A stretch of DNA of 62,613 nt, the filler included, from Choristocarpus tenellus KU-1152 (Eukaryota; Protista; Phaeophyceae), in assembly GCA_964200185.2 (NCBI GenBank). It is 10 parts of 10 records of this genome, joined end to end, with 100 filler letters (N's around TTAATTAATTAA, not from the genome) between each part and the next. Parts side by side here need not be neighbours in the genome. Positions count along the whole stretch, not along the records: positions 1 to 16,822 come from CAXNAD020000765.1; 9 more parts are not named here. One strand, given 5' to 3'. A program made the translations under genes and the position numbers. Positions 1 through 12,766 of this stretch are shown here, one piece after another (the first letter of the stretch is position 1; every line of letters begins with the position of its first letter). The notes under the pieces were generated by a model. The model was not told where the DNA came from, ran no database searches, and was given only the letters and a program-made list of their open reading frames with translations.

Positions 1-266
1 GGATCTGCTGACTGTGAGCTGGAATGCCTGAGGGGGGATCTGGCATGCTGGTTCCAGCGGTTGTGTCGAGGCCCAGACGTTTGCTCCTTGTCCACACTGA
101 CTCCAGTGGCGCGCTAGGGCTAACGAAGAGCTTTCCCTCCTTTGGTGGGCCTCATTTGGAAGGTCAGCTAGCTTTGTCCTGAAGAAGTCAAAACGAATCC
201 TGTTGAGGAGGCGTGTGATCTCGTGCTGAGCCCTCCTTGTGATCCTGGCGTCATGAGCTGCCAGGT
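1..266 (-). mobile_element. Second copy of the same non-LTR remnant
   Basis: Colinear similarity to 37880-38141 (for example ggatctggcatgctg, ccacactg, ccctccttgtgatc). Confidence 0.6.
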
Positions 267-2748
267 ATATATATATATAGTATATATTGTAATGGGACCT
301 GGTTCTGTGTGATGGGGGGTGATGAAAACCACGAGAGATGTTCAGAAAGGAAGTAGTGAAAGATGAGACAGGCATGTTGGGTGTATGTTGACAACCTCAG
401 AGAGCCATGTGGATGAATCTTCAATGTGATCGGTTGTGACCAGCCAGAACAGGAAAAACAATCTTGTCTTTGCTGGTTTGAATCCACCGTTCATGTCTGG
501 GTTACCGCGTGCCAGTCGTGCGTCTGATCCACAACACATCACTTGGCGTGACCTCAATTGCAAAAGGTGACGCGCGCTAATGTATATGACCGCGCGTATT
601 ATCCTCATCAACGTTGGAGATTCTAAAAAAGGTGACCTGTCCCTGACAATATTTTTTGTATATTTTGATGTTCCAGTTATTGAAACACTCTAAGGCTTCT
701 TTGATACACAACCATATTGAAATCCCTCTCCACATAAACATAACATGGCACCCTCTATGTAAATGGTTCCCGATCGAGCCCCCCAGCTGGGGGTATGCTT
801 CGGCCAGACGGTAATTCTGGTTGTCATACCCGTCGTCAACGTGGGGGACAGGTGTGTAGTGTAGACTGGAAGGGTCGCCATCGTTTTGTCAATCCATGTC
901 TTTTTGCCTACAATTCCTAACGTGCGAAGCACAGTTGATAAGAAACAAAAATCTTCTAGAAGACTCCCACGACACCCTTGGGGCCTGCTTTTTTGCGCAA
1001 GTGCTGTACTCTAGTTCCCCACATAACACGGATCACACAGCTTCTGTTGAGCACTATATTGTGCTCACCTTCTCTGAAGAATAAACAGAAGGCTCCCTGC
1101 TGAGAGTCTCGTGCCATCCCTCCTTCCTACCTTAAATCCTTTCAGCGATCGCGAGGATCTGCCACACAAAGTTCAGCCCCCTGGCGCCCCTTGCCAGGAG
1201 TTGTCTTCACCTCCTCTTCATCACCACTGATAGTTGTTCTATTTGAAGTCTACCTCATTCATTCATTGTTTTGGGAGCTAAGCAATTCAATCTTTGCTCT
1301 CAATGCACATTTTTTGTTTCTGAAAGCGCTCATGATGGGCTGGTCGGACTCTCGGTTACCTCTTCCCTGGAGTGTAGATGTGAGCTTTAGACGATTCCTG
1401 CTAGTTGGATCCCAATCATGTATAATCGTTCGTATTTTCCTGCACCCTATCCCCTTCTGCACCTTCTATGTTGCGACCTTCAATCGAACATCCTGACACG
1501 AGTTCTTGTTGGAACTGCCAATACCTGGCTTTAACCCTGCTAAATCGACCCTGCTGAAGCCTTTGGTGACATGAGCCACCGTTAATTCGACTTCTAGCCA
1601 TCTGTTTTGGGTAGGTTTTGCTTGTCTTGGTCAAAGGAGCTAGTGGTTCTTAGTCATACGTTGATAACTTGTATCATGTAAAATCTTGCCAGGATCGATG
1701 CATAATATGATACAGAAGTACCAATAGGAGCTATGCCCCACAAGTTGCTGTCATAGCAATCAACTCTGATGCCACTGCCATTGACCTTTTCTCCCTCATT
1801 TTCCAAGGCCACAACGATCGCGCCATACACACATGATTCTCACTTCTCTCATCCTTACGTTGTATGCACACAAGCCATTAGCATGCGTGGGTACACCCAG
1901 AGGCAGTAATGCACTCGGAGTATATGTTCACCGACTGTGCCATGATGGCGTCTTGACAGTGGGTGTGATGGATCTAAAGCATAGGCAAGGAGGAATCACC
2001 AAGTTTGGCTCGCAATATAATAGGACACATTCAAAAAACAGATGGTCACTAACCTTGGATACAACAATAGAAATACTGCTGTTCACCTGTAGACATGTGA
2101 GTAAGGGGAAAGGGGTCACAAGAAAGTGCACGATCAAAAGGAAAAAAGCGACATGTCTGGAGTTTCTCTTTTATCAGAGAAGTAATTAATAGGTAGGGTA
2201 AAGGCACAATGGTGTAGGTCGTTGTTCTTCCTCTATTTCAAGTAGTTCAAGTAGTGACTGTACTCCACCCAACTATTACCACCCTCTGTTCTTCCTGCCC
2301 TGTTTCCTTCAACAGAATACACTAAAGGGGACAACACCCTTGATCATCAGCTTCATGTTGGACTGCCAAGTACACACTTCAAACACACGCCCTTTCAACC
2401 AAAAAATGTCAAAAATGACTAAGCCGCACAAAAACCTATCGCCTACTGCAACACCAAATCCCCCAAAGGACTCAAAATAAGACTTTTTTTTTTTACAAGA
2501 ACGACTCTATGATAGCACCATCAAATGAATGCCTACTGGAACCTCTTGGGAACAGGATTCTAAATTCAAGGTACACAAACGACCCCTTCCCCCCAGTCCC
2601 ACTCTGCCTGGCCAACTCCATTCACTCTTCATGTCTCTTCCTGACAAAATATCAAATATTCTGCAAAGACCTCCGCAGGCACACGAAGGGCCCAGGGGTG
2701 ACAAAATATCCCCAGCCAGCAAATCGTGTTGTTGGAGGTACTGATGCC

Positions 2749-5700
2749 TTACGACACCGCCATCACCTGCAAACATGCCACGACAGAACGCATGAAGTCC
2801 TGTGCAGCTTCACGGTTCACCACAGGCTCAGCAAACTGACCTGTCATGCAAAGGCTCCCTGCAACTGTACCACAGCTGACCTGGTACAGGCTACCACAAG
2901 AAGCGTGACTGGTGGCATAGTGCACAGCCTCCAATGACAGGCCACCGACCTTGCCACATGGGATTGGGGGTGGGGGTGGAGAGGGAACAATACGGAGGAA
3001 CACAGGCAAAGGGTTCCAAATTATTGGAAGGCTTTCTTTTGCAATTTCATTCACAAGTGAAAATAAAAATGGAGCAATGCGACATTGGATTGTCAGCCGT
3101 ATCTACCTCCAGAAAGGAATCCGATCACTTTTTGAAAACACCTGTATCAGGTAGAAGGAAAGCGACTATGCAACTCTTGTATCTATTGGTGCTAATGCCT
3201 GGCAAATATCCTCGTTGTTCTAATTCTTAGGGGCCCCAAACCCACGGTCAAAAGGCAATCAGAGACTTGAAAAAAAAATTACGTATTTTTTTTTTCATGT
3301 AATCAAGTGGGGCCTGCGTAGTTAGAGGACATCAAAGGGGAGGGGAGTTCCAGTAGATGTCCCTTTACACTGAGAGTCACAATTGTAACTAAAAAATAGG
3401 AAAAAAAATCTCCGTCTCAGCAACATTCTGCTTCTGAGGAGTCACCACAGAGAACCCTTCACAGCAACACACTACACTGGTCTGATCTAATCTGCTATCA
3501 ATAATAAATCAGGAGGGTAGTTTATCTCATTAAAAAATAACCAACAAATATACCAATAGTAATTCAAGCTAATGGTGAACCGGGTTCAGTCCCATGTCAA
3601 GATTGGTTGGGGGTTCACGCGGAGGCAACATTAATCAATGATACACATGGATCAGCAGATATTCGAACTATTGTCAGACCCAATCCTCCCCCCCCCCCCA
3701 AACCCTTTGGTAATAGAGCAGGTTCTGCATTAAATATAATTTCATACCATTTTTGAATACAGACAGGAATGCATTTCGGAATTTTTTTCTATTTTAAAAG
3801 CTCTTCTTTTATTACATATTTGTGTCAAACCTACCTACCTACCTACCTACCTACCTACCTTCCTTCCTACCAACGCCAATCTCATTTATGGTGCCCCCCA
3901 TGCCAGCACTTCAACAAAAAACAAAACAATAATATCGAGCTGCAGTGCAATTTTGTAGCTCTGCTCTGCGATCACTGATAAAAAAAAAAGTATCACACAC
4001 TTGGTACCTGTGTGTGACACTTCCCAAAAAGTCGCAATTGCAATGTGTCAAAACCCTTGGCAGCACTCTACACCCACACGAGGGTCTCAAACCCTGTACC
4101 AATAACGGAACACCTCACCTGAGTATCGTAGGGGTAGCGTCCCATATTGCTAACTCCAACCGTGTATGCCCTCCCCAGCGTCTTGACATTCCTGCTCTCA
4201 ATATCCAGGGAGGCCCATATGTCCATGTTCTCCATGGCCCAGTCAAACACCGCCACCGCTTCCCTGGCGAAAGAATTTGGCCAACGCTGTGAAACTGTTG
4301 CAGTTAAAATTCATCAGAATAATAATCAAAACAAAAACATGTGAAGTTTTTTTTTTTTTTCCCCCTGTTATTTCTCTCAAAAAAAAAAAATCACATTACG
4401 ATCAGAAGTGCGACTGAACGTGTCAGAGGTCACAAAAGAACCACATGTTCATAACAAACAAGCTGTCACTACCCACCACTTCTCGTTCACGGCTTCGGTT
4501 CTCCCTGCCGAGACCCGCGGAAGCTTCGGAGTTACTGCCCTGTGGCACCACGTGAGACTCAGCGATCTGAACACGCCTTCTTGTGCGCATCGTCTCGTGC
4601 GCAAACGTTTCATCTGAGATGAACTGAAATTCTTCTTCGGCCGATTTAGTTTCAATCAAAAATTCTCTCTCACTTCACGACGCTAGCTTTTAGGCTTTTA
4701 CTGGCATGGATCAACAGTGTCCCAGGCGAAAAGTGAATTGCAAGCACCACACTTGAAAGCTCCATCGGGACATGGACTCAGGAGTGCTGCAGAAGACGCA
4801 GGTCACTCACTCCCTCTCCTTCCCCAGAAATAACCAATCCATTCTCACTTTCAGGTCCCGGGATTCGTCAGTTTTTTTTTTAACACTCTGGCAAAGTACC
4901 TTGTAGGCGTTATGGGTGTCACCAGAGGTGGCTGCAACGTCGGAGGAGGATTAGGAACAGCTGAGGTGACGGAAAAAAATACCCATGCCCATTGGGGGGT
5001 AGGTGGGCAGGGCATGACTGTCCCACGGATGGACATTCACCTTAATGCAGCATGCTGCAATGTGAGTAGTGTACTCACACCGGGGGGTGCGAGGGGCAGG
5101 TTAGTTGTGTCCCTGTCCATTGGGGTGTGCGTGTGGAAGGAGGACCTGCCCAACATATTGACACCCACCAGATGTACCTCAAACCAGCACATAACCAGAT
5201 GTAGTGAGTATGCACGAGACCGAGGCGTCACTGTAGTGGGAGTCTTTCTGGAAGGGGTTTGATACCACCACCCAGGCTTGTCAATCAAGACCCGAACCGA
5301 ACTTTTCTATGACTTGTGAAAAAAAGGGCAACTTGAGCAGTAGTTCAACAATAGCCTTACTGGTGACACATCCCTCCCTTGTGCACTACGATGATCCCTT
5401 GGCCTTGTGCAACTCCGCATACCACAGCATCTGGTTATGTGCCACATGAAGATCACTTGGTGGATATTCTCTTTCCATCATTGCCCCCAAGGGGTAGTTA
5501 AACACACTCTTTCTCCCCCGTTGGGGAGTACATTTGTTGTTAATTAATATACTCCCAATGTAGGGAGCCAAGAAATTGGGTGAAGCATGGTTTGAGCCCT
5601 ACAACCTCTGATGTGTCCAAACTTTGGGAATAAACCGCTGTTCTATCAAAGTCTTGCATAGGACTACCATAAACAAATCGGTGGTATTCAGTGATCAAAA

Positions 5701-7108
5701 GAGGGGGTGTTTAGGTGGCCTTTTCGAGAGACCAGCAGTGAAACAGGCTGATCTGGAACCTGGCATAGCTACGGCCTCTGACGACCCTGGAGCAGTCTGT
5801 CTTAGAGCATGTCTTACCAGGGTCGACCCCTGACCTGGTCTAGATGAGACTCTGACGTCTTTGGTGTGGTCTTGTTAAAAAAACGTATGTATCCAGATTA
5901 AGCCCACACCCCAGTCCGTTTCAAATATCTGGTAGCCGTGGATCTTATGGTATGTTTACCTGATTGGTCAGATCAAAATGTGTTGGACCGAGCTCAAAAA
6001 TGTCCCAAATACATGTGGGAATATATACGTTTTTGTAAAAATCCCTTTCAGCTGCTTACATTCTTGTCATCACAATATAATTAACCAAGACCTAACCAGG
6101 ATAACTCCATATTATCTACCTGGCACGTTTGATGGGGGGATTGAATAACATGCAGCACAGTTCAGACACAATCTTTGACAACACCTGGAGAGGACATATT
6201 GAACCATTTTTCATCGGGACTGGCCCGCATCCAAGTCTGCTCTGACAGTTCTGGACCAGCCCTGCTAAAAAGAAATACTTCAGTGGGGCTAGTGTGCAAC
6301 CTGTTCTGGTTGAAATTTCTAACTGGTCTGGATCAGTCTCATTAAAACACATTTTACTGCTGTCGATCCTCAGTCCGGTTCCATCACATCGACCCAGTCC
6401 AGTGAAAAGTCCTGGAATTTCATTGACAAGGTTGCCAACTAAATCCGGAAAATGATCAATTTCCATCAAGTGAAAAATACGGTGCTTGGATGGACAGTCT
6501 GACTCTTATGATTCTTACCACATCAATGGCTTTTTGCATAGTCAAGATGTGCCACCAACTAAGCTGCTACTCTATCTTATAAAATACTGGCGGTAACATA
6601 GAGTGCACTCTCAATATCTTGACAAGAGGCAGAGAGGGTGAAGGATAGAGGGTGAGAGAACTAATGAAGGTTTTCGCAGGATTGACCAGATTTGTGGAAA
6701 TTTGGGGGCAAGAATTGCAGGGGTGGGGGGTGGGGGGTGGGGGCATGGATAATGCCCAAATGCCATTACAAACACCAAAATGAGCAAAACTAGTGAAAGC
6801 CATGACAAAAGAAAGCTGCCAAAATGTAAGAAAAGGACAATCGGGTTTCCAGTAGGGAATCTACTCCAAACCATTTCTTACTAGTCAACTCAACAGAGAG
6901 AGGAAGCAATGTCTGCCTCACTATCCCCCCCCCCCAGCATGACCACATCAGAGAAAATGAACTCAACGCCACAAAAGACCGTAACCATCACCAGCAATAC
7001 TAAGGCGATGGCTGTAGCATAGCCAAAAGGAACATATTTGAGAGCGCGAAAACATCCGATTGGATTCTGTCGCTGCAGGCCCACTTGAAGCAAGAACTAA
7101 AAAAAGTT

Positions 7109-7162
<54 letters not shown>

Positions 7163-10100
7163 CAGTCCAAACCCTCGACATATTAAAAAAAAAAAAACGC
7201 ACCTGGCTGTTCCCCCCTTGACCAGGTCGCTTGTCGCCTGCTTGCAACGCCCAGCCAACTTCCAAAATAGAGTCCTGGCCTCTTCCCTGCCCCCCCCCGC
7301 CTCATCACCCCGCCCTCCCCGGATCAGCGCCTGCCCGCTGTTGGCCTTCACGCTCACGACATAGTCAATTGCACCCCCTGCACAGGCCACCGTGCCCCCC
7401 GTCCAGTCTTTCCCAGCCCACTCCCCCTCCCCAAATCGCCTCAGGTCGACTGCCATGAGGAACTTATATCGGTGCCATTGTTTGCTCTCAGGCGTGTGAG
7501 CCACGTCGCTGCAGGCCATGAGGCATGCCGCACTGAGAGCTGCTGACATGGTCACGCCATGGTCCCTGAACCAACAAAACAGGGGACGAAAAGGTGAGGA
7601 GAATAGGGCACGGGGGTCGGGGGTGACATGCTATTTTCTGGGCAGAGGAAAAAGATGCAGTCCACAAAACAAACAGGAGGGGGAAGGGTTCTGTTTGAGA
7701 AGGGTTCTGTTTCGGAGGTGGGGATGGGAGGAGTGGGGATGGAAATCGGGTTGGAAAGGTTGGGGTGTCATGGGAGGGAGGGGCTCTGTGATGTTCAAGT
7801 TTAATCAGAAGGCTGGGCAATGTAGTGAAATAGTTGCCTTGTCAAGGCCTAAGATTTGTGTGCTCAGGTTGACATTCCAGTGATAAGGCGATATAATTAC
7901 GTACTACTCCTACTCCTGCGGCATGTTCTTGTCCAACGTACTCTCCTGTTTACACAGTGGCAAGCTTTGTCTTAATAGTGTAACTGTACTGTTCAAAGGG
8001 GTCCTCTCTTCAGCTAGTCAAAGGCTTTCTTCTACCAATCGAATATGGAGCCCTACAAGACTTACTCTCATTGTGTTGTTAATCTGCTACAACTACTTTG
8101 CTGCTCTCGTTAATAATAATGAAGACAAAAAAAACTTGAGATATATGTAGTACACGCCTTCCTACCTAGCGCAGCCCAAAACATCCTGATCTAAATTCAG
8201 CCAGATGCAGTACAAAAGTGTTCATGAATGCATGCCAAAAGTAGAAAAGTTTACATTCGAAAAAATCTTCAAATCCCCAAATAGCTGAAGAGATACAAGA
8301 AGGGATCATGTAATGATTCAGTTCAAACAAGTACTACTCTGACAGTGAAACCAGCAACAGTACATGATGCGGGCCGGGTGCAAGATGATATGGTGCCACC
8401 TGCGCACCAAAGATGAGCTAGACAAACAGGATGAGGATGTGTCACTAGATATATTTTTGTGGCACGTGATATTGGTCTGTGTTTTCAACATGTACTATTC
8501 CACACTCATTATATATCTCTGATGGGGTCACTTTTACATGCCCATCAAAGGAATACATACTGTGATAGTGGTTTTCCGAACGTACTGATCATGGTACAGG
8601 AGTAAGTTTCAAAGACAAACATTCAGCAAATTTAAGGCATGTTTCACTCATCCCCGGCTGACTTCCATTTCAACAGCAATGCATCCTTTCCACCATTGGT
8701 GTTTGTTGCCGAGTTGATTTTAGCAACTCCATCCTACCTAAGCAATGCAAGGTCTGCTCATCGTACTCACAAGTTCCACACGATTACGCAAGGTCTCTTA
8801 GTAGATCAAGATGATCTCTTAGATAAGACATGAAAAAATAACCTCTGATCAAAAGAGTACCCTTAGTATCTGCGGAAATATATATCAACCAAAAAAGTAT
8901 TATTATATCATTGAAGATGGTAATCACAATCATAGCCACAACCAACAGTCAGGAAGGGTATCACCAGAAGCATCACCCCCTGGTAGCACAGGGCGTATCA
9001 CAATATCACAACACGATCATAACTTTCCCCACCTTGTCTGTCCACCACCAAAGCGAACCTTTACTCACATAGCAATGTGCTTGCCCGAGCACATTAAGCA
9101 CCCCACCCACCCCATCCAACTCCAGGGCAAGCTTCTCCTCACCTGCAAGCCTGTAAAATGGCAGCAACATTAGCTTCAGGCACTGTGGTGTACTCGCAAA
9201 AAGTTTTGCGGGATTTTACCCCGTAGGTGCCCTCATCACCGCCCTTTTCCCTCTCCTCAGCAGAGGGAAGGTCATCAGGTAAGAGCCGTGGCTGGGAGAG
9301 CGCACTGGTTGCTTGACTCCACATGTAACCCGCAGTGCCAGCACGGAAGGTCTCACCCTCGACTAGGGCAGTCTCCATGCTGGGGGGCAGCTCCACCTGT
9401 CCTATTCCCATTGCCACCCCATCCTTGCCGTTAGATCGCACCCCGGCTGCCGCTGCCAGTATACCATCAAGCATCACGTTAGAGCTCCTCTGGTCCTCCA
9501 ATGCATGGTTCATGGTACACACTAGAGCAGTCCTGTCGCTTCCCTCCGCACGGACGACCTCTAAGCACCAGTTAGGTCCCCTCGAGACTTCAAAGCGAGC
9601 GTTGTCGAGATTGAACTCAAGTCTGTCCTGCCAATACCTCTCGAAATGTGCCTCACCAACGGTTGTCTCGGGGGTCAATATCATATCAGCTAGGTCACTC
9701 AGGGACTCACACTCAGTCTCGCAAAAGTACAGCGGATCCCCATCAGCCCGAACCTCTCCCAGTATGTTTTTCACCGGTTCCTTTGGGCCTTCCGGAGTAC
9801 GAATGCTTGAACGTAGCATGGGGTGGTGGGCCAGCACCGCGATTACACCTCGCTTGATATCATTCTTCGACAAATTGCCTTTCACCACGGCCACCTTAGA
9901 TGCAACAGGAAGGTGCCATGTGCCAGGTTGGCAGGGTGAGAAGCATGGGAAGAATTAGTTCGTGTCCAAGTAATACCACTAAGCCTTCAACTATATATTC
10001 AACAGACAATACTTAACACAAATTATGAGTCGAGAATTGAGAAAATTCTTCTTGTAGCAAACTGCAACCACTCACCCATGCATGTGGCGTCATGAGAGTC

Positions 10101-10432
10101 CTTACGCCCTCCTCAGCTGGGCCCCTCCCATCGCGAGTCTGCGTGAGCATCTTCTCAAAGCTACCTAGCTTCCGACTGGGAAATGGTTTTGTTTTGACAT
10201 CAGTCTCCTGATTCAAGGAGACTTCGCTTGTCTTCATGTTGAGGCTGGATATAACCCCTTGTCTCTGTACCCCCTGAGGGTAGAACTTGCTTGTTACTTG
10301 ACATACGCCTACCGTACCTCGAATACGAGACCATTCTTTGCAAGGTTTTACGAATGCAAACGCAGTACGATAAGTCAGGCACGTAGCCAGGAACGCCAAC
10401 AGATTCAAACGGTCATGGCAACACCAGATCAT
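2749..10432 (-). CDS. CoA-dependent acyltransferase, condensation-domain / alcohol acetyltransferase (Atf/PapA5-like) superfamily, with predicted bipartite plastid presequence; 5 exons, 605 aa
   Basis: Hand-spliced exons 10432-10076, 9894-9143, 7565-7203, 4263-4119 and 2949-2749. All introns are GT-AG, phases are consistent, and the total is 1818 nt ending in TAA. Family motifs: RKLGSFE, HHPMLR, catalytic HxxxD (NHALEDQ), CRDHGVTMSAALSAA (formed across the exon 2/3 junction), VDLRRF and VSNMGR. The N-terminus LLAFLATCLTYRTAFA|FVKP resembles a signal peptide followed by Phe. Confidence 0.85.
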
Positions 10433-10772
10433 GTTTCATGAAGACAAAGAAGTCCAACAAAAATTTACACACATAAGATACAAGGTGGCGTCGGCCAACG
10501 GAGTGAAATGCATCTGACGTAGGATAAGGTCAATTCAAACCAGATGATATTGTGTAATAATATTTGCCTCTTCTTCTTAAAGCGGCATAAGATAAGCCGC
10601 AGGTCTAGGGGTTATGTTTAGCCCGGTTTGTCTACGTTTGTCTAAAGACTTCCCTAGGACGAACCAATATCTCGAATTTTTCACATTCAATATACAACTT
10701 CATCATCCCTCACGTGCCCCCTCCACAATTATCCTTAGGGAGGATAGAAAACACTTTCCCATCCCTGAAGAC
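10433..10772. promoter_or_regulatory. Putative bidirectional promoter and 5' UTRs
   Basis: Only 340 bp separate two divergent start codons. No specific element was identified. Confidence 0.5.
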
Positions 10773-12766
10773 ATGGCTCCTCTACAAGCAACCTTCGCCG
10801 TGGCGGCTCTCCTCGCCCTCACCCAACCCACGAATGCCTTTACCGCTGGCCCGCTTCGGGGGAATGTCTTGAAAACCTCGACAAGGCCAACCTTGGACAC
10901 CCTATCCATGGTTGCGGTGTCGCCATCCAAGACTGGTGGGAAGCCAGTGACCCAGGAGCAGCTGCGGAAAGAGGCACGGTTGGAGGCGGAGAGACTGAAG
11001 AAGTACGTTACTGCCCCTGAGTCTTTCGCTGATACAGATCTCTCGACCCCCACTAGTGAACACCTTATTGGAGAGGAGATGGTAAATGATGACATGTCTG
11101 CAAGCATCTTGGCAGACAAGTGCATCCTTGAGGCGGAGCGACTGTTCGCTTCAGACGAGGGGTGGACCAAAGTGTTGGAACAAGATGAGATCTTCGTGGA
11201 GACAAAGGACATTCACGGACCTTACCTCAAGTCGGGTGTGCGCGTTGTGCGAGGGCTTGGTACCATTGATTCTGATGCCGAAACCTTCTACAACTTCCAG
11301 GTAACCGAACTAGGATGTGTGTGTGATCGTTCATGTATATCATATAGGAACGCGATTCATTTGCTTGCCCTGCCGATGGGATCACCTTTTCCAAGAGGTA
11401 TTTCGACTGCAATTTGAAATATACTTAATATCAACCCAGCGCCTACATTTTTTTTCGTGCGTGGAGGTATGTGAAAGTCCTTGTTTGTGTAATGTATCTA
11501 GGGTGGAAGTATGATGTGCATCAAGAAACCGATTATTCTGGTGGTACGACATTTTCTGGGGTGAATTCGTACTTATTATCTATCGTCAATGGCAGTCACT
11601 TTGTTCTTGTTCCTTATGTTAAGGATTAGTCATATCCCCCAATCGATACAAATTCATGTGTTCCGTCAACTTGGGTTAATAAATGACCTTTAAAATCAAT
11701 ATATTGCCCCATGGTGTGATAATCGCCGCCACCCTATGATGAATCAGTAAAGTTGGGCGTATCAGCCACATGACCATTGATGATTCTTTACACACATCTT
11801 GTATTAAAATGTCGGACCTTTAGTGAATAGTAGGTATGCTCCATACTGATTCAACTACGACAGGGCATACAACATCGAATTGTTGCTGGAAGCATCACAC
11901 TCTGATAAATACTCTTTGGCATCATTAACCTGTGTGTTGTGTCATCTCTATTCCATGACATGTGCATGCTGTCCCCACATTTCTCGTTTACATGCAAGAG
12001 ATTATCGTGACTTTACCAGACCATTATGGGAAGTGTAGCAGCCTTTAGTTGGTGCGGCCCCCAAATCCGCAACTTGACCTCAAGTTAACAAGGCACAAAA
12101 CTGATTCTTTTCCTTCAGGTCTCGCGGGAAGGATTCCAGGCCATTGATGAATACCTTGAGAACCACAGGAATGTGGACAGGCATGAGTGGGTTACTCAGC
12201 CTCAGATGGAGAACATGAAGGACTATGAGCTCATGACAAACCGAGTCGAGTGGGCCTACCCCACCCAGACTAGGGAGTTTGTGGCGCTGGACATCATCCA
12301 CCGTGAGAAGAAGATCCTTATCTCTAAGAGTTCCCTCCACCCTGACCGTCCTGGTGGAAGTCGCTACCAGACAGAGACACCACTGGATGAGACTGATTAT
12401 GTCCGTGCCGTTCAGTACTATGCCTCCAAGGTGGAGCCTCTTCCAGATGGAAAGTGCCTCCTGCGGATGGTGACATGGGGTGAGATGTGTGACAGCTACA
12501 CTGCCTTCTGGATCAACAAGTTTAATGCCCATGTGTTCATCACCCCCAAGTACCAGCGTTTCCGCCGTGTCATGGGTGGTGAGAAGGTGTTTGAACTTAG
12601 CAATATTGTGACTGAGGCGTGGAAACTACCTAAGCTACTAATGATCAAGCCTGATCACGCTGTAGCAAAGGGTTCAAACTTTGTGGACAACCTGAGGAAC
12701 AAGGGCATCGAGGCTGCTGCTGCGAAGAAGGCTGTTGCTGCTGAGGCAAAGGAAAACAATGCTTAG
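10773..12766 (+). CDS. START / Bet v1-like lipid-binding domain protein with predicted plastid presequence; 2 exons, 391 aa
   Basis: Exons 10773-11300 (CAG|gtaacc) and 12119-12766 (ttcag|GTC) join in phase 0 with an open frame. START-like motifs: GWTKVLEQDEIFV, WAYPTQTREFV, SKSSLHPDRP, YVRA. The N-terminus MAPLQATFAVAALLALTQPTNA|FTAG is ASAFAP-like. Confidence 0.8.

Noticed and set aside
690-6500. ORFs at 690-1634, 4423-4659, 5386-5571 and 6116-6469
   Set aside because: No recognisable motifs or consistent splice structure; probably decayed TE sequence, partly intronic.
9335-9958. 207-aa plus-strand ORF (also 10703-11212, 12080-12532, 50064-50599, 51655-51993)
   Set aside because: These are antisense shadows of real exons with no motifs of their own.
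10614-10772. Longer N-terminus for the START protein from the ATG at 10614
   Set aside because: The ATG at 10773 directly begins a clean signal peptide, and the upstream extension would mask it.
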